Positions 28,831-40,926 of a stretch of DNA of 64,000 nt are shown piece by piece. Made by a program: the position numbers and the translations under genes. Within the stretch, counting starts at the first letter, position 1, and every line of letters begins with the position of its first letter. The stretch covers positions 2,592,001 through 2,656,000 of the forward strand of contig OY970309.1 of the NCBI GenBank assembly GCA_963716395.1, read 5' to 3'. Under the pieces are notes generated by a model that saw only the letters and a list, made by a program, of their open reading frames with translations, made no database searches and had not been told where the DNA came from. Source of the DNA: an uncultured Fibrobacteria bacterium. GTDB lineage: Bacteria > Fibrobacterota > Fibrobacteria > UBA11236.

Positions 28831-30633
28831 ATGCCGCCCCGAACCCCGCCGCCTCGTGGCGATCACCTCGCCGACTTCACGCGCGATCCGCGCGTCTTGC
28901 TGCTTGCGCTCCTGGCCCTGGGTATCGGCGTGCTCAGTGCGGGCGCGGCCTGGGTGCTGGTGAAAGCCATCGCGCTGGTCACCGACCTGGCATTTTACCA
29001 CCGCTTCTCCGCAGCCAACCTTTCTCCGGCACGGCAAGCGCTGGGCGCGGCGGTGATCGCGGTGCCGGCGCTGGGCGGACTTTTCATCGGACTCATGGCG
29101 CGTTTCGGATCGGAACAAATCCGGGGCCACGGCATTCCCGAAGCCCTCGAAGCCATTCTGTTCGGACAAAGCCGCATGCACCCCAAGGTCGCGATCTTGA
29201 AACCCATTTCCTCGGCCGTATCCATCGGAACCGGCGGTCCGTTCGGCGCCGAAGGTCCGATCATCATGACCGGCGGCGCTTTGGGATCTCTCATCGCCCA
29301 ATGGTTCCGCTTGTCGTCGGCGGAGCGGAAAACCCTGCTGGCCGCCGGCGCCGCGGGCGGCATGGCCGCCATTTTCGCCGCCCCCGTATCTTCTGTGTTA
29401 CTGGCGGTGGAGGTGCTGCTTTTCGAGTGGCGGCCGCGATCGTTTCTTCCTGTGACGGTGGCGGCGACCACCGCGGGCGCCCTGCGTGCGCCGCTGCTCG
29501 GAATGGGGCCGATCTTTCCTGTGCCGCCGCATCCGGCCATGGCGGCGGGTGCTTGGGGGGGAGTTATTCTCTTCGGCGCCGTCGGAGGATTGGCCGCTAT
29601 GCTACTGACCGCGCTGGTCTATGGTTGCGAAGATCTGTTTCACAAGCTGCCGCTACATTGGATGTGGTGGCCGGCTCTGGGAGGTCTGATCGTGGGCGTG
29701 ATGGGGTGGCGCGATCCCCGCATCTTCGGCGTCGGCTATGATCTCATCCACGACCTGTTGTTGGGGCGCAACCTCGGCGGCCACTTGCCGCGGCTGCTGC
29801 TGCTGAAGATGGGGGCCTGGACCGTGGCCTTGGGTTCGGGCACCTCGGGCGGCGTGCTGGCGCCGCTGCTTATTCTCGGCGGGACGCTGGGCGCGCTGGA
29901 GGCACACTGGTTTTCGCTGCCCGATCCCGGACTATGGGCTATGCTGGAAATGGCGGCGGTAATGGGCGGCGCCCTACGCGCGCCCTTCACGGCGGTGGTG
30001 TTTGCGGTGGAGTTGACGCAGGACGTGTCGGTGTTGCCGGCTCTGCTCGCAACCTGCGCCACGGCTTACGCCGTCACGGTGTTCTTCATGCGGCGATCCA
30101 TTTTGACCGCAAAGGTGGCGCGGCGAGGATACCACTTGACTTGCGAATACGGCGTTGATCCTCTTCGCTGGCAACGCGTGGCCGACGTGATGGATCGGGA
30201 TTTCATAACGGTTCCGGCCGATCTCGCCGCCGCGGATTTGGCCCGGCGCATCGCGCAGAACAATCCGGGCATGAGCCGACACCGCGCCTTTCCCGTTCTC
30301 GATACGGAAAATGATCTGGTCGGCATCGTGACCCGGGGCGATGTGATCCGCGCGGAGGCCGGCGGCGAAGCCAAGACGGTATTGCAGGCCGGCAACGACC
30401 ACCCGATCACGATCTTTCCCGACGAGGTATTGGAAACGGCTGTAGCCAAAATGTTGCAGAAGGGCGTCGGCCGGCTGCTGGTGGTCACGCGTGCCGAACC
30501 GAACCGGGTAATCGGCTATCTGGGACGATCGGGGTTACTGGCCGCGCACCAGAATCATTTCGCCGCAGAAGCGGTGCCGCCGCGCCTAACCAGAAGCGGT
30601 CAGCACAAGCGGAAGCCACCCGGGACAAGTTGA
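28831..30633 (+). CDS. CLC chloride channel/antiporter family protein with CBS pair
   Basis: GHGIPE, GAEGP, GTSGGVLAP, GVGY; C-terminal CBS domains (LVGIVTRGD). Confidence 0.92.
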   Translation: MPPRTPPPRGDHLADFTRDPRVLLLALLALGIGVLSAGAAWVLVKAIALVTDLAFYHRFSAANLSPARQALGAAVIAVPALGGLFIGLMARFGSEQIRGHGIPEALEAILFGQSRMHPKVAILKPISSAVSIGTGGPFGAEGPIIMTGGALGSLIAQWFRLSSAERKTLLAAGAAGGMAAIFAAPVSSVLLAVEVLLFEWRPRSFLPVTVAATTAGALRAPLLGMGPIFPVPPHPAMAAGAWGGVILFGAVGGLAAMLLTALVYGCEDLFHKLPLHWMWWPALGGLIVGVMGWRDPRIFGVGYDLIHDLLLGRNLGGHLPRLLLLKMGAWTVALGSGTSGGVLAPLLILGGTLGALEAHWFSLPDPGLWAMLEMAAVMGGALRAPFTAVVFAVELTQDVSVLPALLATCATAYAVTVFFMRRSILTAKVARRGYHLTCEYGVDPLRWQRVADVMDRDFITVPADLAAADLARRIAQNNPGMSRHRAFPVLDTENDLVGIVTRGDVIRAEAGGEAKTVLQAGNDHPITIFPDEVLETAVAKMLQKGVGRLLVVTRAEPNRVIGYLGRSGLLAAHQNHFAAEAVPPRLTRSGQHKRKPPGTS

Positions 30634-30763
30634 CAAAACTTTCGGCATCGTGTCGACGATTGGCATCGCGACTGCGGGGTGACTAACTTCTCGTAAAAGG
30701 CCCCGCGATCCGGAAGCGTTGCGGTGCGGCGCGCCGAGGCGGGGGCTACTACTGGATATTCTG

Positions 30764-31908
<1,145 letters not shown>

Positions 31909-31912
<4 letters not shown>

Positions 31913-32373
31913 TCGAAGGCATGGAAGCGGTGATTCGCGAACACCGGTTTTTCGCCGGTCTTCCCGACGACACTTTGCATCTCCTGGCCGGCTGCGCCCG
32001 CAACGTACCCTTCGCGGCCGGCGATTATCTCTTCCGCACCGACGGGCCGGCCGATGAATTCTACCTGCTGCGGCATGGCCGCGTGGCGCTCGAAGTGGTG
32101 GCGCCGGGTCGCTCGGCCATCACCATCGAAACCGTGGGCCCGGGGGAAATCGTCGGGGTTTCCTGGCTGGTTCCGCCTTACCGCTGGCACCTCGCGGCCC
32201 GCGCTCTGGAACTGGTGCGCGCCATCGGCATGGACGCCCGGTGTTTACGGAATAAATGCGACGAAAATCACGATGTGGGCTACGCGCTGATGCAGCGCTT
32301 CGTGCCCCTGCTGGTCGACCGGCTCCAGGCCATGCGGCTGCAACTCCTCGACGTGTATGGACCGCCCGCTTGA
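31909..32373 (+). CDS. Stand-alone cyclic-nucleotide-binding (Crp-like) protein without HTH
   Basis: [23 protein letters not shown]...GPGEIVG.SWL; ATGA overlap with the upstream gene. Confidence 0.85.
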
Positions 32374-33211
32374 AAGGCGGGCGCCGCCCGCCGCCGATCC
32401 CATGGTTCCGGTTCCGGCGCGCGTGCGGCGCGTGCGCCGCGAATTGGCCGACGTGTGGACGCTGGTGCTCGAACCGGAGGCCCCGGGTTTTTCCTTCGCG
32501 CCCGGCCAGTTCAACATGCTCTACGCCTTCGGGGTGGGCGAGGCCGCGATTTCCATCAGCGGCGATCCCGACGCTCCGGAAACCCTGGTGCATACCGTGC
32601 GGGCCGTGGGCCGGGTATCGCAGGCGTTGACGCGGCTGCGGGCCGGCGATTGGGTGGGCCTGCGCGGGCCCTTCGGGCGGGGATGGCCGGTGGACGAAGC
32701 CGCCGGGTCCGATGTGATTTTGGTCGCGGGAGGCTTGGGCTTGGCGCCGCTGCGTCCGGCCTTTTACCGCCTGCGGGCGCAGCGCGCGCGTTACGGCCGT
32801 ATTCTGCTGTTGTGCGGAGCGCGCAGCCCGGCCGACATTCTCTTCCGCCGCGAACTGGAACAATGGCGCCGCCGCTTCGACCTCGACATCGAGGTCACGG
32901 TCGATCATGCGGCGCACGAATGGAGCGGCCACGTGGGCGTGGTCACGACCTTGATCGCCCGCGCCGCTTTCGACCGCCGGCACACCGTCGCCTTCGTCTG
33001 CGGGCCGGAAATCATGATGCGCTTCGCGGCCGCCGAGTTGGAAAAGGCCGGGGTCGCCGCGCCGTCCATCCACCTTTCCCTGGAGCGCAACATGAAATGC
33101 GCCGTGGGCCTGTGTGGCCATTGCCAGTTCGGGTCCGATTTCATCTGCCAAGACGGTCCGGTGCTGCCCTACGCCCGGTTGCGCGATCGCCTGGCGTGTG
33201 CGGAGCTCTGA
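32357..33211 (+). CDS. hydG: Group 3b hydrogenase gamma subunit (FAD/NAD(P)-binding, 2Fe-2S)
   Basis: [44 protein letters not shown]...CQDGPV. Confidence 0.9.
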   Translation: MDRPLERRAPPAADPMVPVPARVRRVRRELADVWTLVLEPEAPGFSFAPGQFNMLYAFGVGEAAISISGDPDAPETLVHTVRAVGRVSQALTRLRAGDWVGLRGPFGRGWPVDEAAGSDVILVAGGLGLAPLRPAFYRLRAQRARYGRILLLCGARSPADILFRRELEQWRRRFDLDIEVTVDHAAHEWSGHVGVVTTLIARAAFDRRHTVAFVCGPEIMMRFAAAELEKAGVAAPSIHLSLERNMKCAVGLCGHCQFGSDFICQDGPVLPYARLRDRLACAEL

Positions 33212-33212
33212 C

Positions 33213-33989
33213 ATGGCGGCCCGCAAACCCAAACTCGCGGTGTGGAAATTCTCCTCCTGCGACGGCTGCCAGCTTTCGCTGCTCGATTGCGAAGACGAAC
33301 TCTTGGCCGTGGCCGGCGCCATCGAGATCGCTTATTTTCCCGAAGCCACCCGTGGCGTGATCAAAGGCCCCTATGACGTGTCGCTGGTCGAAGGCTCGAT
33401 CACCACGCCGCATGACGCGGAGCGCATTCTGGCCGTGCGGCGGCAGTCGAAAACCCTGATCACCATCGGCGCCTGCGCCACGGCCGGCGGCATCCAGGCG
33501 CTGCGCAATTTCGCCGACGTGGCCGCCTTCACCGCGCTCGTCTATGCCCGGCCCGACTACATCTCGACCCTGGCCACGTCCACGCCCATCGCCGCGCATA
33601 TTCCCGTCGACTTCGAACTGCGCGGCTGCCCCATCGACAAACGCCAGCTCGTCGAAGTGCTGGCGGCTTTTCTGGCCCGGCGCAAACCCACGACGCCGGC
33701 GCACAGCACCTGTCTGGAATGCAAGCTCCAGGGTAACGTCTGCGTGATGGTCGCGCGGGGAACGCCCTGCCTGGGTCCGGTGACCCATGCCGGCTGCGGC
33801 GCCTTGTGCCCGGGCTATGCCCGCGGCTGCTACGGCTGCTTCGGGCCCATGGAAACCCCGAATACGAAAAGTCTCAGCGCCCGCCTGGCCGGCTTGGGCA
33901 TGTCAGAGCGCGACCTGCACCGCGTGTACCGCACCTTCAACGCCGCGTCCAAACCGTTTCAAGACGAGGCCCAACGCCATGGCGCGTAA
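33213..33989 (+). CDS. hydD: Group 3b hydrogenase small (delta) subunit
   Basis: [25 protein letters not shown]...[10 protein letters not shown]...CYGC. Confidence 0.9.
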   Translation: MAARKPKLAVWKFSSCDGCQLSLLDCEDELLAVAGAIEIAYFPEATRGVIKGPYDVSLVEGSITTPHDAERILAVRRQSKTLITIGACATAGGIQALRNFADVAAFTALVYARPDYISTLATSTPIAAHIPVDFELRGCPIDKRQLVEVLAAFLARRKPTTPAHSTCLECKLQGNVCVMVARGTPCLGPVTHAGCGALCPGYARGCYGCFGPMETPNTKSLSARLAGLGMSERDLHRVYRTFNAASKPFQDEAQRHGA

Positions 33990-35268
33990 AACCATCAAGG
34001 TCGATTACCTGGCCCGCGTCGAAGGCGAAGGCGCACTGACCGTGCACATCCGTAACGGCAAGGTGACGGGCGCCGAATTGCGGATTTTCGAGCCGCCGCG
34101 CTTTTTCGAGGCTTTTTTGCGCGGCCGCGCCTGCGGCGAAGCGCCTGACATCACCGCCCGCATTTGCGGCATCTGCCCGGTGGCCTATCAGATGAGCGCG
34201 GTGCATGCCATGGAAGACGCGCTGCACGTCAAAATTCCGCAGCCGATCCGCGACCTGCGCCGCTTGTTGTATTGCGGCGAATGGATCGAGAGCCACACCT
34301 TGCACATCTACATGTTGCATGCCCCGGATTTTCTCGGGTATGCGGGCGCGGTCGAAATGGCGCGCGATCACGCCGACCTCGTGCGGCGCGGTTTGGAATT
34401 GAAGAAAACCGGCAACGAGATTCTGCGCGTGGTGGGCGGCCGTGAAGTCCATCCCATCAACGTGCGCCTGGGCGGTTTTTACCGGACGCCGACGCGGCGC
34501 GAGTTGGCCGCCTTGCGCGATCCCCTGCAGCGGGCGCGCGAGCTGGCGCTGGAAACCGTGCGCTGGGTGGCCGGCTTCGACTTTCCCGCTTGCCGGCGCG
34601 ACTACGAATGGGTGGCGCTGCATCATCCCGACGAATACGCGCTCAATGAAGGCCGCATCGTGTCGAACCGGGGATTGGACATTGCCGCCTCGGAATACGA
34701 CGCCCACTTCGCCGAAACCCACGTGGCGCATTCCCACGCTTTGCAATCGCGCACGCGCGCCGGCAACGCCTACATGGTGGGGCCGCTGGCGCGCTTCGCC
34801 CTGAACTTCGACCAGCTCTCGCCGTTGGCCCGCGAGGCGGCCCGGCAGGCCGGGCTCGACGGGCCTTGCGCCAATCCCTATCAAAGTATCGTGGTGCGCG
34901 CCGTCGAAGTGCTGTACGCCTGCGACGAGGCGTTGCGTCTGCTCGCGGACTATGTCGAGCCCGAGCAGCCTGCCGCAACGGTGGAAATCGGGGCGGGCAC
35001 CGGCTTCGCGGCCACCGAAGCGCCGCGCGGATTGCTGTACCACCGCTACCGTCTGGATGCCACCGGCGCCATTCTCGACGCGCAAATCGTGCCGCCCACT
35101 GCGCAGAACCAGGCCGCGGTCGAAGAAGACCTGGCGGTTTTCATCAACGCTTGGATCGATATGCCCGACGAGGCGCTAAAGCAGCGCTGCGAGCAGACGG
35201 TGCGGAATTACGATCCCTGCATTTCCTGCGCCACGCATTTTCTCGATTTGCGGGTGGATCGCGGCTGA
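33979..35268 (+). CDS. hydA: Group 3b [NiFe]-hydrogenase large (alpha) subunit
   Basis: RVEGEG; L1 [10 protein letters not shown]; EAPRG; L2 [12 protein letters not shown] followed by a cleavable C-terminal extension. Confidence 0.95.
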   Translation: MARKTIKVDYLARVEGEGALTVHIRNGKVTGAELRIFEPPRFFEAFLRGRACGEAPDITARICGICPVAYQMSAVHAMEDALHVKIPQPIRDLRRLLYCGEWIESHTLHIYMLHAPDFLGYAGAVEMARDHADLVRRGLELKKTGNEILRVVGGREVHPINVRLGGFYRTPTRRELAALRDPLQRARELALETVRWVAGFDFPACRRDYEWVALHHPDEYALNEGRIVSNRGLDIAASEYDAHFAETHVAHSHALQSRTRAGNAYMVGPLARFALNFDQLSPLAREAARQAGLDGPCANPYQSIVVRAVEVLYACDEALRLLADYVEPEQPAATVEIGAGTGFAATEAPRGLLYHRYRLDATGAILDAQIVPPTAQNQAAVEEDLAVFINAWIDMPDEALKQRCEQTVRNYDPCISCATHFLDLRVDRG

Positions 35269-35271
35269 AGC

Positions 35272-35751
35272 ATGGAAACGGCCGAGCTACGTATCCCGCT
35301 GGTGATCGGTGTCGGCAACCCCGATCGCGGCGACGATGCGGCCGGCCGCGCCGTGGCGGCCCGGGTAAAAGCCCTCGGCCGCGGAAACTTCCGGGTGATC
35401 GAAAGCGACGGCGAGGCCGCGTCTTTGCTCGCCTTGTTCGCGCGATCCGACACCGTGATTCTCGTCGATGCGGCCGTGTCCGACGGCCTGCCCGGAAGCA
35501 TCGCGCGTTTCGACGTGCACGCCGCGCCGCTGCCGGCGGACTGCTTCGGCGTTTCGACTCACGGATTCGGTTTGGCGCAAGCCGTCGAACTGGCCCGTGC
35601 CTTGTATCTCCTGCCCCGCCGCTGCGAGGTCTTCACCATCGAAGCGCAAGCCTGCGAAATCGGCGCGGGGCTTTCCACCGCCGTGGCCCGCGCGGTCGAC
35701 GAAGTGGCGTTACGCATTCTCGCCGCGGCGCCGGAGAGCCGGCATGCATGA
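35272..35751 (+). CDS. Hydrogenase maturation endopeptidase
   Basis: IGVGNPDRGDDAAG, VDAA, STHG. Confidence 0.9.
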   Translation: METAELRIPLVIGVGNPDRGDDAAGRAVAARVKALGRGNFRVIESDGEAASLLALFARSDTVILVDAAVSDGLPGSIARFDVHAAPLPADCFGVSTHGFGLAQAVELARALYLLPRRCEVFTIEAQACEIGAGLSTAVARAVDEVALRILAAAPESRHA

Positions 35752-36007
35752 ACAGAGCCTGATGCAAAACCTGCTGCGCCGGATCGCGCAGGCCGCCGGC
35801 GCGGAACGCGCCGCGCGCGTGCAGGCGGTGTCGGTTCGGCTCGGCGCTTTGAGCCACATGTCTCCGGAGCATTTTCGCGAGCATTTTCTCCGCGCCTCGG
35901 CCGGAACCCTCGCCGAGGGAGCGCGCCTCGATATCACCGCCTCGGATGTGCTCGACGACCCCGCCGCGGCCGACGTGCTCTTGACCGGCATCGAAGTGGA
36001 GACGTGA
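35744..36007 (+). CDS. hypA: HypA-like nickel chaperone lacking the Zn-finger
   Basis: MHE Ni motif, LGALS, T.AEGA.L, IEVE. 87 aa with no cysteine. Confidence 0.85.
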   Translation: MHEQSLMQNLLRRIAQAAGAERAARVQAVSVRLGALSHMSPEHFREHFLRASAGTLAEGARLDITASDVLDDPAAADVLLTGIEVET

Positions 36008-38415
36008 TGGGGCAGGAAACCTTCGCACTCCCGATCTTGGTCGAGCCGCCGGCGCGCTTGCGCTTTCAGGTTCGCGGCGCCGTGCAAGGCGTGGGATTCC
36101 GTCCCTTCCTGTACCGCGAAGCCCGGGCGCTGGGCCTCACCGGCTTCGCGGTGAATACGCCCGAAGGCGTATCCCTCGAAGTCGAAGGCGCGCCCGCCGC
36201 CATCGAGCGGTTGCGCCAGCGCATCTTGTACGCTCCGCCGCCGCATGCGCATATCACCGCGTTGGATCAGGAAAGCCTCTTGCCCGGCGGCGATTCCGAT
36301 TTCGAAATTCGGCCCAGCCAATACCAATGTGAAGGCGAAGGCGCGGCGCAGGCTACGGTGTTGCCCGATCTCGCCATGTGCCGGGAATGTCGCGAAGAGA
36401 TTTACTCTCCGGGCAATCGGCGCTATCGCTATCCTTTCACCAATTGCACGCAATGCGGGCCGCGTTTTTCCATTCTCCTGGATTTGCCCTATGATCGCGC
36501 GCGCACCAGTATGCGCGGGTTTGTGATGTGCGCGGCCTGCGCGGCGGAATACCACGATCCGGGGAACCGCCGCTTTCACGCCGAACCCAATGCGTGTCCG
36601 ATCTGCGGCCCCCGGCTGCAATTATGGGATGGTGCGGGGGCGCGACGGGCCGAAGGCCAAGGGGTACTGGCCGAAGGTGAAGCGGCGCTGGGACAAGTAA
36701 CCCAAGCGTTACGCCGCGGCGAGATCGTGGCGGTCAAGGGCTTGGGAGGTTTTCACCTCCTGGTCGATGCGCGCGACCCCGCAGCGGTGCGACGCCTGCG
36801 GACGCGCAAGCTGCGCGCGGAAAAACCCTTCGCGGTCATGTTTCCGTCCCTGGCGGCGGTGCACAAGGTTTGCCGGGTCAGCCCGGTGGAAGCGGCGCTC
36901 TTGACCGGCCCGCAAGCACCCATCGTTTTGTTGAAACGGTTGCCACGGCTGCATTGGGGGCGGCGCGAAAATGAGGACTTGGCGGCCGAGGTGGCGCCCC
37001 GTAATCCGCGCCTGGGGGTTTTGCTGCCGTATACGCCGCTGCACCAACTCCTCTTGGCCGACTTGGATTTTCCGCTCGTGGCCACCAGCGGCAATGGTGC
37101 CGAAGAGCCCATCGCCATCGACGAACACGAGGCGCGCCAACGCCTGGGCGGCATCGCCGACCTGTTCCTGGTGCATAACCGGCCCATTCTCCGGCCGCTC
37201 GACGATTCCCTGGTTCAGGTGGTCGCCGGGCGGCCGCAAATTCTGCGCCGGGCGCGGGGCTATGCGCCGCTGCCGTTGGAGTCGGATGCGGCGCCCGGAA
37301 TACTCGCGCTGGGCGGCCATCTGAAATCTTCTCTTGCTCTTGGCACCGCCGCGGGAATCGTGGCCGGGCCGCATCTCGGCGATCTCGACACCGCCGCAGC
37401 GCGCGACGGGTACGCCCGCTCCGCCTCGGAGCTGACGCGGCTGTATCGCCTGCGGCCACGGCTGGCGGTGCGCGATCTCCATCCCGATTATTACTCGTCA
37501 CGCTTTGCCGAAACCTTGGCTGAAACCTTGGGGTTACCCGTGCGGGCCGTGCAACACCATGTCGCGCATGTTTGGTCCTGCATGGCCGAGCATGCCGTGG
37601 AGCCGCCCGTTCTCGGCGTGGCCTTCGACGGTTCAGGATACGGGGCCGACGGAACCTTGTGGGGCGGCGAATTCCTGCGCATCACCCCCACGGGTTGGCG
37701 CCGCGTCGCGCATCTGCGGTCTTTCCGGCTGCCGGGGGGAACGGCGGCCCTGCGCGAACCGCGCCGCGCGGCCTTGGGATTGCTCGCCGCGGCCTTCGGA
37801 CCGGAAAGCCTGGAGTGGACGGATTTGCCGCCGGTGGCGGCGTTCACCCCGGCCGAGCGCAAACTCTTGGCCGCCATGCTGGCGCGCGGGGTTAACGCAC
37901 CGGTTACGACCGCCGCCGGGCGTTTGTTTGACGCGGTCGCGGCCTTGATCGGGTTGCGGCAATGCTGCGGGTATGAAGGCCAAGCCGCCACGGAATTGGA
38001 AGCCGCCGCGAATGCAGACGGCGACACCGAACCCGATGCCGCTTACGACTTTGCCTGCCGGCCCGGAACCAGGCCGGAAGATCCGCGGGTGGTGGATTGG
38101 GAGCCGGCGCTGCGCGCCTTGCTGCGGGATTTTCGCGGTGGGGCCACGTCGGCCGCCATGGCGCGGCGTTTTCATGCCGGCCTGGCCGCGGCCATCGGCG
38201 TGGTGGCGGTTCGGATCGGCGAACCCAAGGTGGCCCTTTCCGGCGGCTGCTTTCAGAACGTGCGCCTGACCGAACTCACGCTGCAAGCCTTGCGCGCCGC
38301 GGGCTTTACGCCCTATTGGCATCAATGTGTGCCGCCCAACGACGGCGGCCTGGCTGTGGGCCAGGCGGCCTGGGCCGCACACCGGGAAACATCGGGGGAA
38401 ACGCCATGTGTCTAG
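36004..38415 (+). CDS. hypF: Carbamoyltransferase HypF
   Basis: GAVQGVGFRPF, CxxC Zn-fingers, KGLGGFHL, RRARGYAP, DLHPDY, QHHVAH, PPNDGG. Confidence 0.95.
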   Translation: MMGQETFALPILVEPPARLRFQVRGAVQGVGFRPFLYREARALGLTGFAVNTPEGVSLEVEGAPAAIERLRQRILYAPPPHAHITALDQESLLPGGDSDFEIRPSQYQCEGEGAAQATVLPDLAMCRECREEIYSPGNRRYRYPFTNCTQCGPRFSILLDLPYDRARTSMRGFVMCAACAAEYHDPGNRRFHAEPNACPICGPRLQLWDGAGARRAEGQGVLAEGEAALGQVTQALRRGEIVAVKGLGGFHLLVDARDPAAVRRLRTRKLRAEKPFAVMFPSLAAVHKVCRVSPVEAALLTGPQAPIVLLKRLPRLHWGRRENEDLAAEVAPRNPRLGVLLPYTPLHQLLLADLDFPLVATSGNGAEEPIAIDEHEARQRLGGIADLFLVHNRPILRPLDDSLVQVVAGRPQILRRARGYAPLPLESDAAPGILALGGHLKSSLALGTAAGIVAGPHLGDLDTAAARDGYARSASELTRLYRLRPRLAVRDLHPDYYSSRFAETLAETLGLPVRAVQHHVAHVWSCMAEHAVEPPVLGVAFDGSGYGADGTLWGGEFLRITPTGWRRVAHLRSFRLPGGTAALREPRRAALGLLAAAFGPESLEWTDLPPVAAFTPAERKLLAAMLARGVNAPVTTAAGRLFDAVAALIGLRQCCGYEGQAATELEAAANADGDTEPDAAYDFACRPGTRPEDPRVVDWEPALRALLRDFRGGATSAAMARRFHAGLAAAIGVVAVRIGEPKVALSGGCFQNVRLTELTLQALRAAGFTPYWHQCVPPNDGGLAVGQAAWAAHRETSGETPCV

Positions 38416-38774
38416 CCGTTCCCGGCCGCATCCTCGCCACCACCGGCGCCGATCCGTTGCAGCGCATGGGTCGGGTCGATTTCGGCGGCGTGATCAAAGA
38501 AATCAATCTCGCCTTTACGCCCGAAGCCCGGGTCGATGATTATGTGCTGGTGCATGTCGGCTTCGCCATTTCCTGCCTGGATGCGGGAGAAGCGGCCAAG
38601 GTATACGAACATCTGCAGGTGCTGGGCGAAATGGAAGTGCCCTCCGGGGCCGACGATGAGGACGGTGACGGCGATGATGATGATGATGATGACGATGATA
38701 ATGAGGACGACGATGGGAACAAAGATGAAGACGGGGATAAAGACGGGGAAGAAGAAAAAGCCGGAGCGACATGA
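38406..38774 (+). CDS. hypC: HypC chaperone with a long Asp/Glu-rich tail
   Basis: MCLAVPG...[11 protein letters not shown], then [38 protein letters not shown]. Confidence 0.92.
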   Translation: MCLAVPGRILATTGADPLQRMGRVDFGGVIKEINLAFTPEARVDDYVLVHVGFAISCLDAGEAAKVYEHLQVLGEMEVPSGADDEDGDGDDDDDDDDDNEDDDGNKDEDGDKDGEEEKAGAT

Positions 38775-39871
38775 AATTTCGTGACGAATATCGCGACCCG
38801 GCGGAAGCGCAACGATTGGCCGCGGCCATCGCCGGTCTGGTCACCCGCCCCTGGAACATCATGGAAGTCTGCGGCGGGCAGACGCATGCCATCGTCCGTT
38901 ACGGTCTCGACCAGCTTTTGCCGCCCGGGATCAACTTGATCCACGGCCCCGGCTGTCCGGTGTGCGTGACGCCGGTCGATTACGTCGACAAGGCCATCGC
39001 CATCGCCGCCCAACCCGGAACCATGCTTTGCTCTTTCGGCGACATGTTGCGCGTGCCGGGCAGCGGCGGCGATTTGCTGGCCGCCAAAGCGCGCGGCGCC
39101 GACGTGCGCATCGTGTATTCACCCCTCGACGCCGTGGCCCTGGCGCGCCGCCACCCCAATCGCGAAGTGGTGTTTTTCGCGGTCGGCTTCGAGACCACGG
39201 CCCCGGCCAATGCCATGGCGGCCTACCAGGCCAAGCGGGAAGGACTGCGCAATTTTTCCCTGCTGGCTTCGCACGTGCTCGTGCCGCCCGCCATGCGCGC
39301 CATTCTCGACGCGCCCGTGAACCGCGTGCAGGGTTTTCTGGCCGCAGGCCACGTGTGCACCATCATGGGCTTCGAGGAATACGAACCGATCGTGGCGCGT
39401 TATAAGGTGCCCATCGTGGTCACCGGCTTCGAACCGCTCGACATTCTCGCCGGTGTGTACCTGTGCGTGCGCCAGCTCGAAAGCGGCCGCGCCGAAATCG
39501 AAAACCAATATGCGCGCGCGGTGCAGCGGGCGGGCAATCTATCGGCGCAAGCCATTCTGCGCGAAGTGTTCTGCGTGGTGCGGCGGCGCTGGCGCGGCAT
39601 CGGAGAAATCGAAGAAAGCGGCCTGGCCTTGTCCGAAGCGTATCGCGCTTATGACGCCGAGCAGCGGTTCGGTCCCGTCGGTTCGCAGGCCGAAGTCGCC
39701 GGCGAATGCCTGGCGGGCCTGGTGTTGTGCGGCGAAAAAAAACCGATCGACTGCCCGGCTTTCGGCACGCGCTGCACGCCCGAACATCCGCTGGGCGTCA
39801 CCATGGTGTCTTCCGAAGGCGCCTGCGCCGCGTATTACCGCTATCGCCGCGAGCCGGCGGCGGTGAAGTAG
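38771..39871 (+). CDS. hypD: Hydrogenase formation protein HypD
   Basis: [33 protein letters not shown]. Confidence 0.95.
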   Translation: MKFRDEYRDPAEAQRLAAAIAGLVTRPWNIMEVCGGQTHAIVRYGLDQLLPPGINLIHGPGCPVCVTPVDYVDKAIAIAAQPGTMLCSFGDMLRVPGSGGDLLAAKARGADVRIVYSPLDAVALARRHPNREVVFFAVGFETTAPANAMAAYQAKREGLRNFSLLASHVLVPPAMRAILDAPVNRVQGFLAAGHVCTIMGFEEYEPIVARYKVPIVVTGFEPLDILAGVYLCVRQLESGRAEIENQYARAVQRAGNLSAQAILREVFCVVRRRWRGIGEIEESGLALSEAYRAYDAEQRFGPVGSQAEVAGECLAGLVLCGEKKPIDCPAFGTRCTPEHPLGVTMVSSEGACAAYYRYRREPAAVK

Positions 39872-39876
39872 GCGCC

Positions 39877-40926
39877 ATGGGTACGGGAGAATTCGCCTGG
39901 TCTTGTCCGGCGCCGACGCCCGGCGCAGAGGTCGTGCAACTCGCGCATGGCGGCGGCGGGCGCATGACCGAGCGCCTGCTCGACCGCATTTTCCGGCCGG
40001 CCTTTGCCGACGCGCAGTTGGACCGGCGCCATGACGGCGCGCGCCTGCCGGCCGGCGGCCCGCTGGCTTTCACCACCGATTCCTATGTCGTGCAGCCGCT
40101 GGAATTTCCGGGCGGCGATATCGGCGCGCTGGCCGTCAACGGCACGGTCAACGATTTGGCCATGTGCGGCGCCCGGCCCGACTTCCTGAGCGCGGGATTC
40201 ATTCTCGAAGAAGGGCTCGACCTCGCTTTGCTGACGCGCCTGGTCGCTTCGATGCGGCGGGCCGCGCAGGCGGCCGGCATTCGCGTCGTCACCGGCGATC
40301 TCAAGGTCGTCGATCGCGGCAAGGCCGACGGAGTGTTCATCAATACCAGCGGTGTCGGCACGATCGTCGCTCCGCAGGCGATCGAACCGCAAAGCGTGCG
40401 GCCGGGCGACGCCGTGATCCTTTCCGGCGATGTGGGCCGGCACGGCATCGCGGTGCTGGCGGCGCGCGCCGAACTCGGCTTCGAATCCGAAATCCAAAGC
40501 GATTGTGCCCCGCTGGCGGCACCCGTGTTGGCTTTATTCGCCGCGGGTCTGGCAGTGCATTGTCTGCGCGATCTCACGCGCGGCGGCCTGGCCGGCGGAC
40601 TGGTGGAAATCGCCGAAACCGCCGGGCTGGCCATGGAAATCGACGAGCAAGCCGTGCGCGTGCGGCCCGACGTCGCTTCGGCCTGCGAAGTGCTCGGCCT
40701 GGATCCCTTTCACATTGCCAACGAAGGGCGCTTCGCCGCCTTTGTCCCGGACGATCAGGCGACGCGCGTCGTGCAGGAACTGCGCCGGCATGCGGTGTCG
40801 TCGGGCGCTGGCATCATCGGCCGCGTGCAGGCAGGGCCGGCGGGCCGCGTCACCTGCGCCGGTCCGCTGGGAGGGATGCGCGTGCTCGACATGTTGTCGG
40901 GCGAACAATTGCCACGCATCTGTTAG
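39877..40926 (+). CDS. hypE: Hydrogenase maturation protein HypE
   Basis: [27 protein letters not shown]-terminal LPRIC. Confidence 0.95.
   Translation: MGTGEFAWSCPAPTPGAEVVQLAHGGGGRMTERLLDRIFRPAFADAQLDRRHDGARLPAGGPLAFTTDSYVVQPLEFPGGDIGALAVNGTVNDLAMCGARPDFLSAGFILEEGLDLALLTRLVASMRRAAQAAGIRVVTGDLKVVDRGKADGVFINTSGVGTIVAPQAIEPQSVRPGDAVILSGDVGRHGIAVLAARAELGFESEIQSDCAPLAAPVLALFAAGLAVHCLRDLTRGGLAGGLVEIAETAGLAMEIDEQAVRVRPDVASACEVLGLDPFHIANEGRFAAFVPDDQATRVVQELRRHAVSSGAGIIGRVQAGPAGRVTCAGPLGGMRVLDMLSGEQLPRIC

Noticed and set aside
30634-30760. Riboswitch or FNR box ahead of the hydrogenase
   Set aside because: Only a short GCGGGG/CCCCGC stem is present; I recognised no TTGAT-N4-ATCAA site or aptamer consensus.
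38515-38892. His-rich minus-strand ORF (HHHHHH) as a nickel-binding peptide
   Set aside because: It is only the reverse complement of the GAT repeats in hypC and overlaps hypC/hypD antisense.
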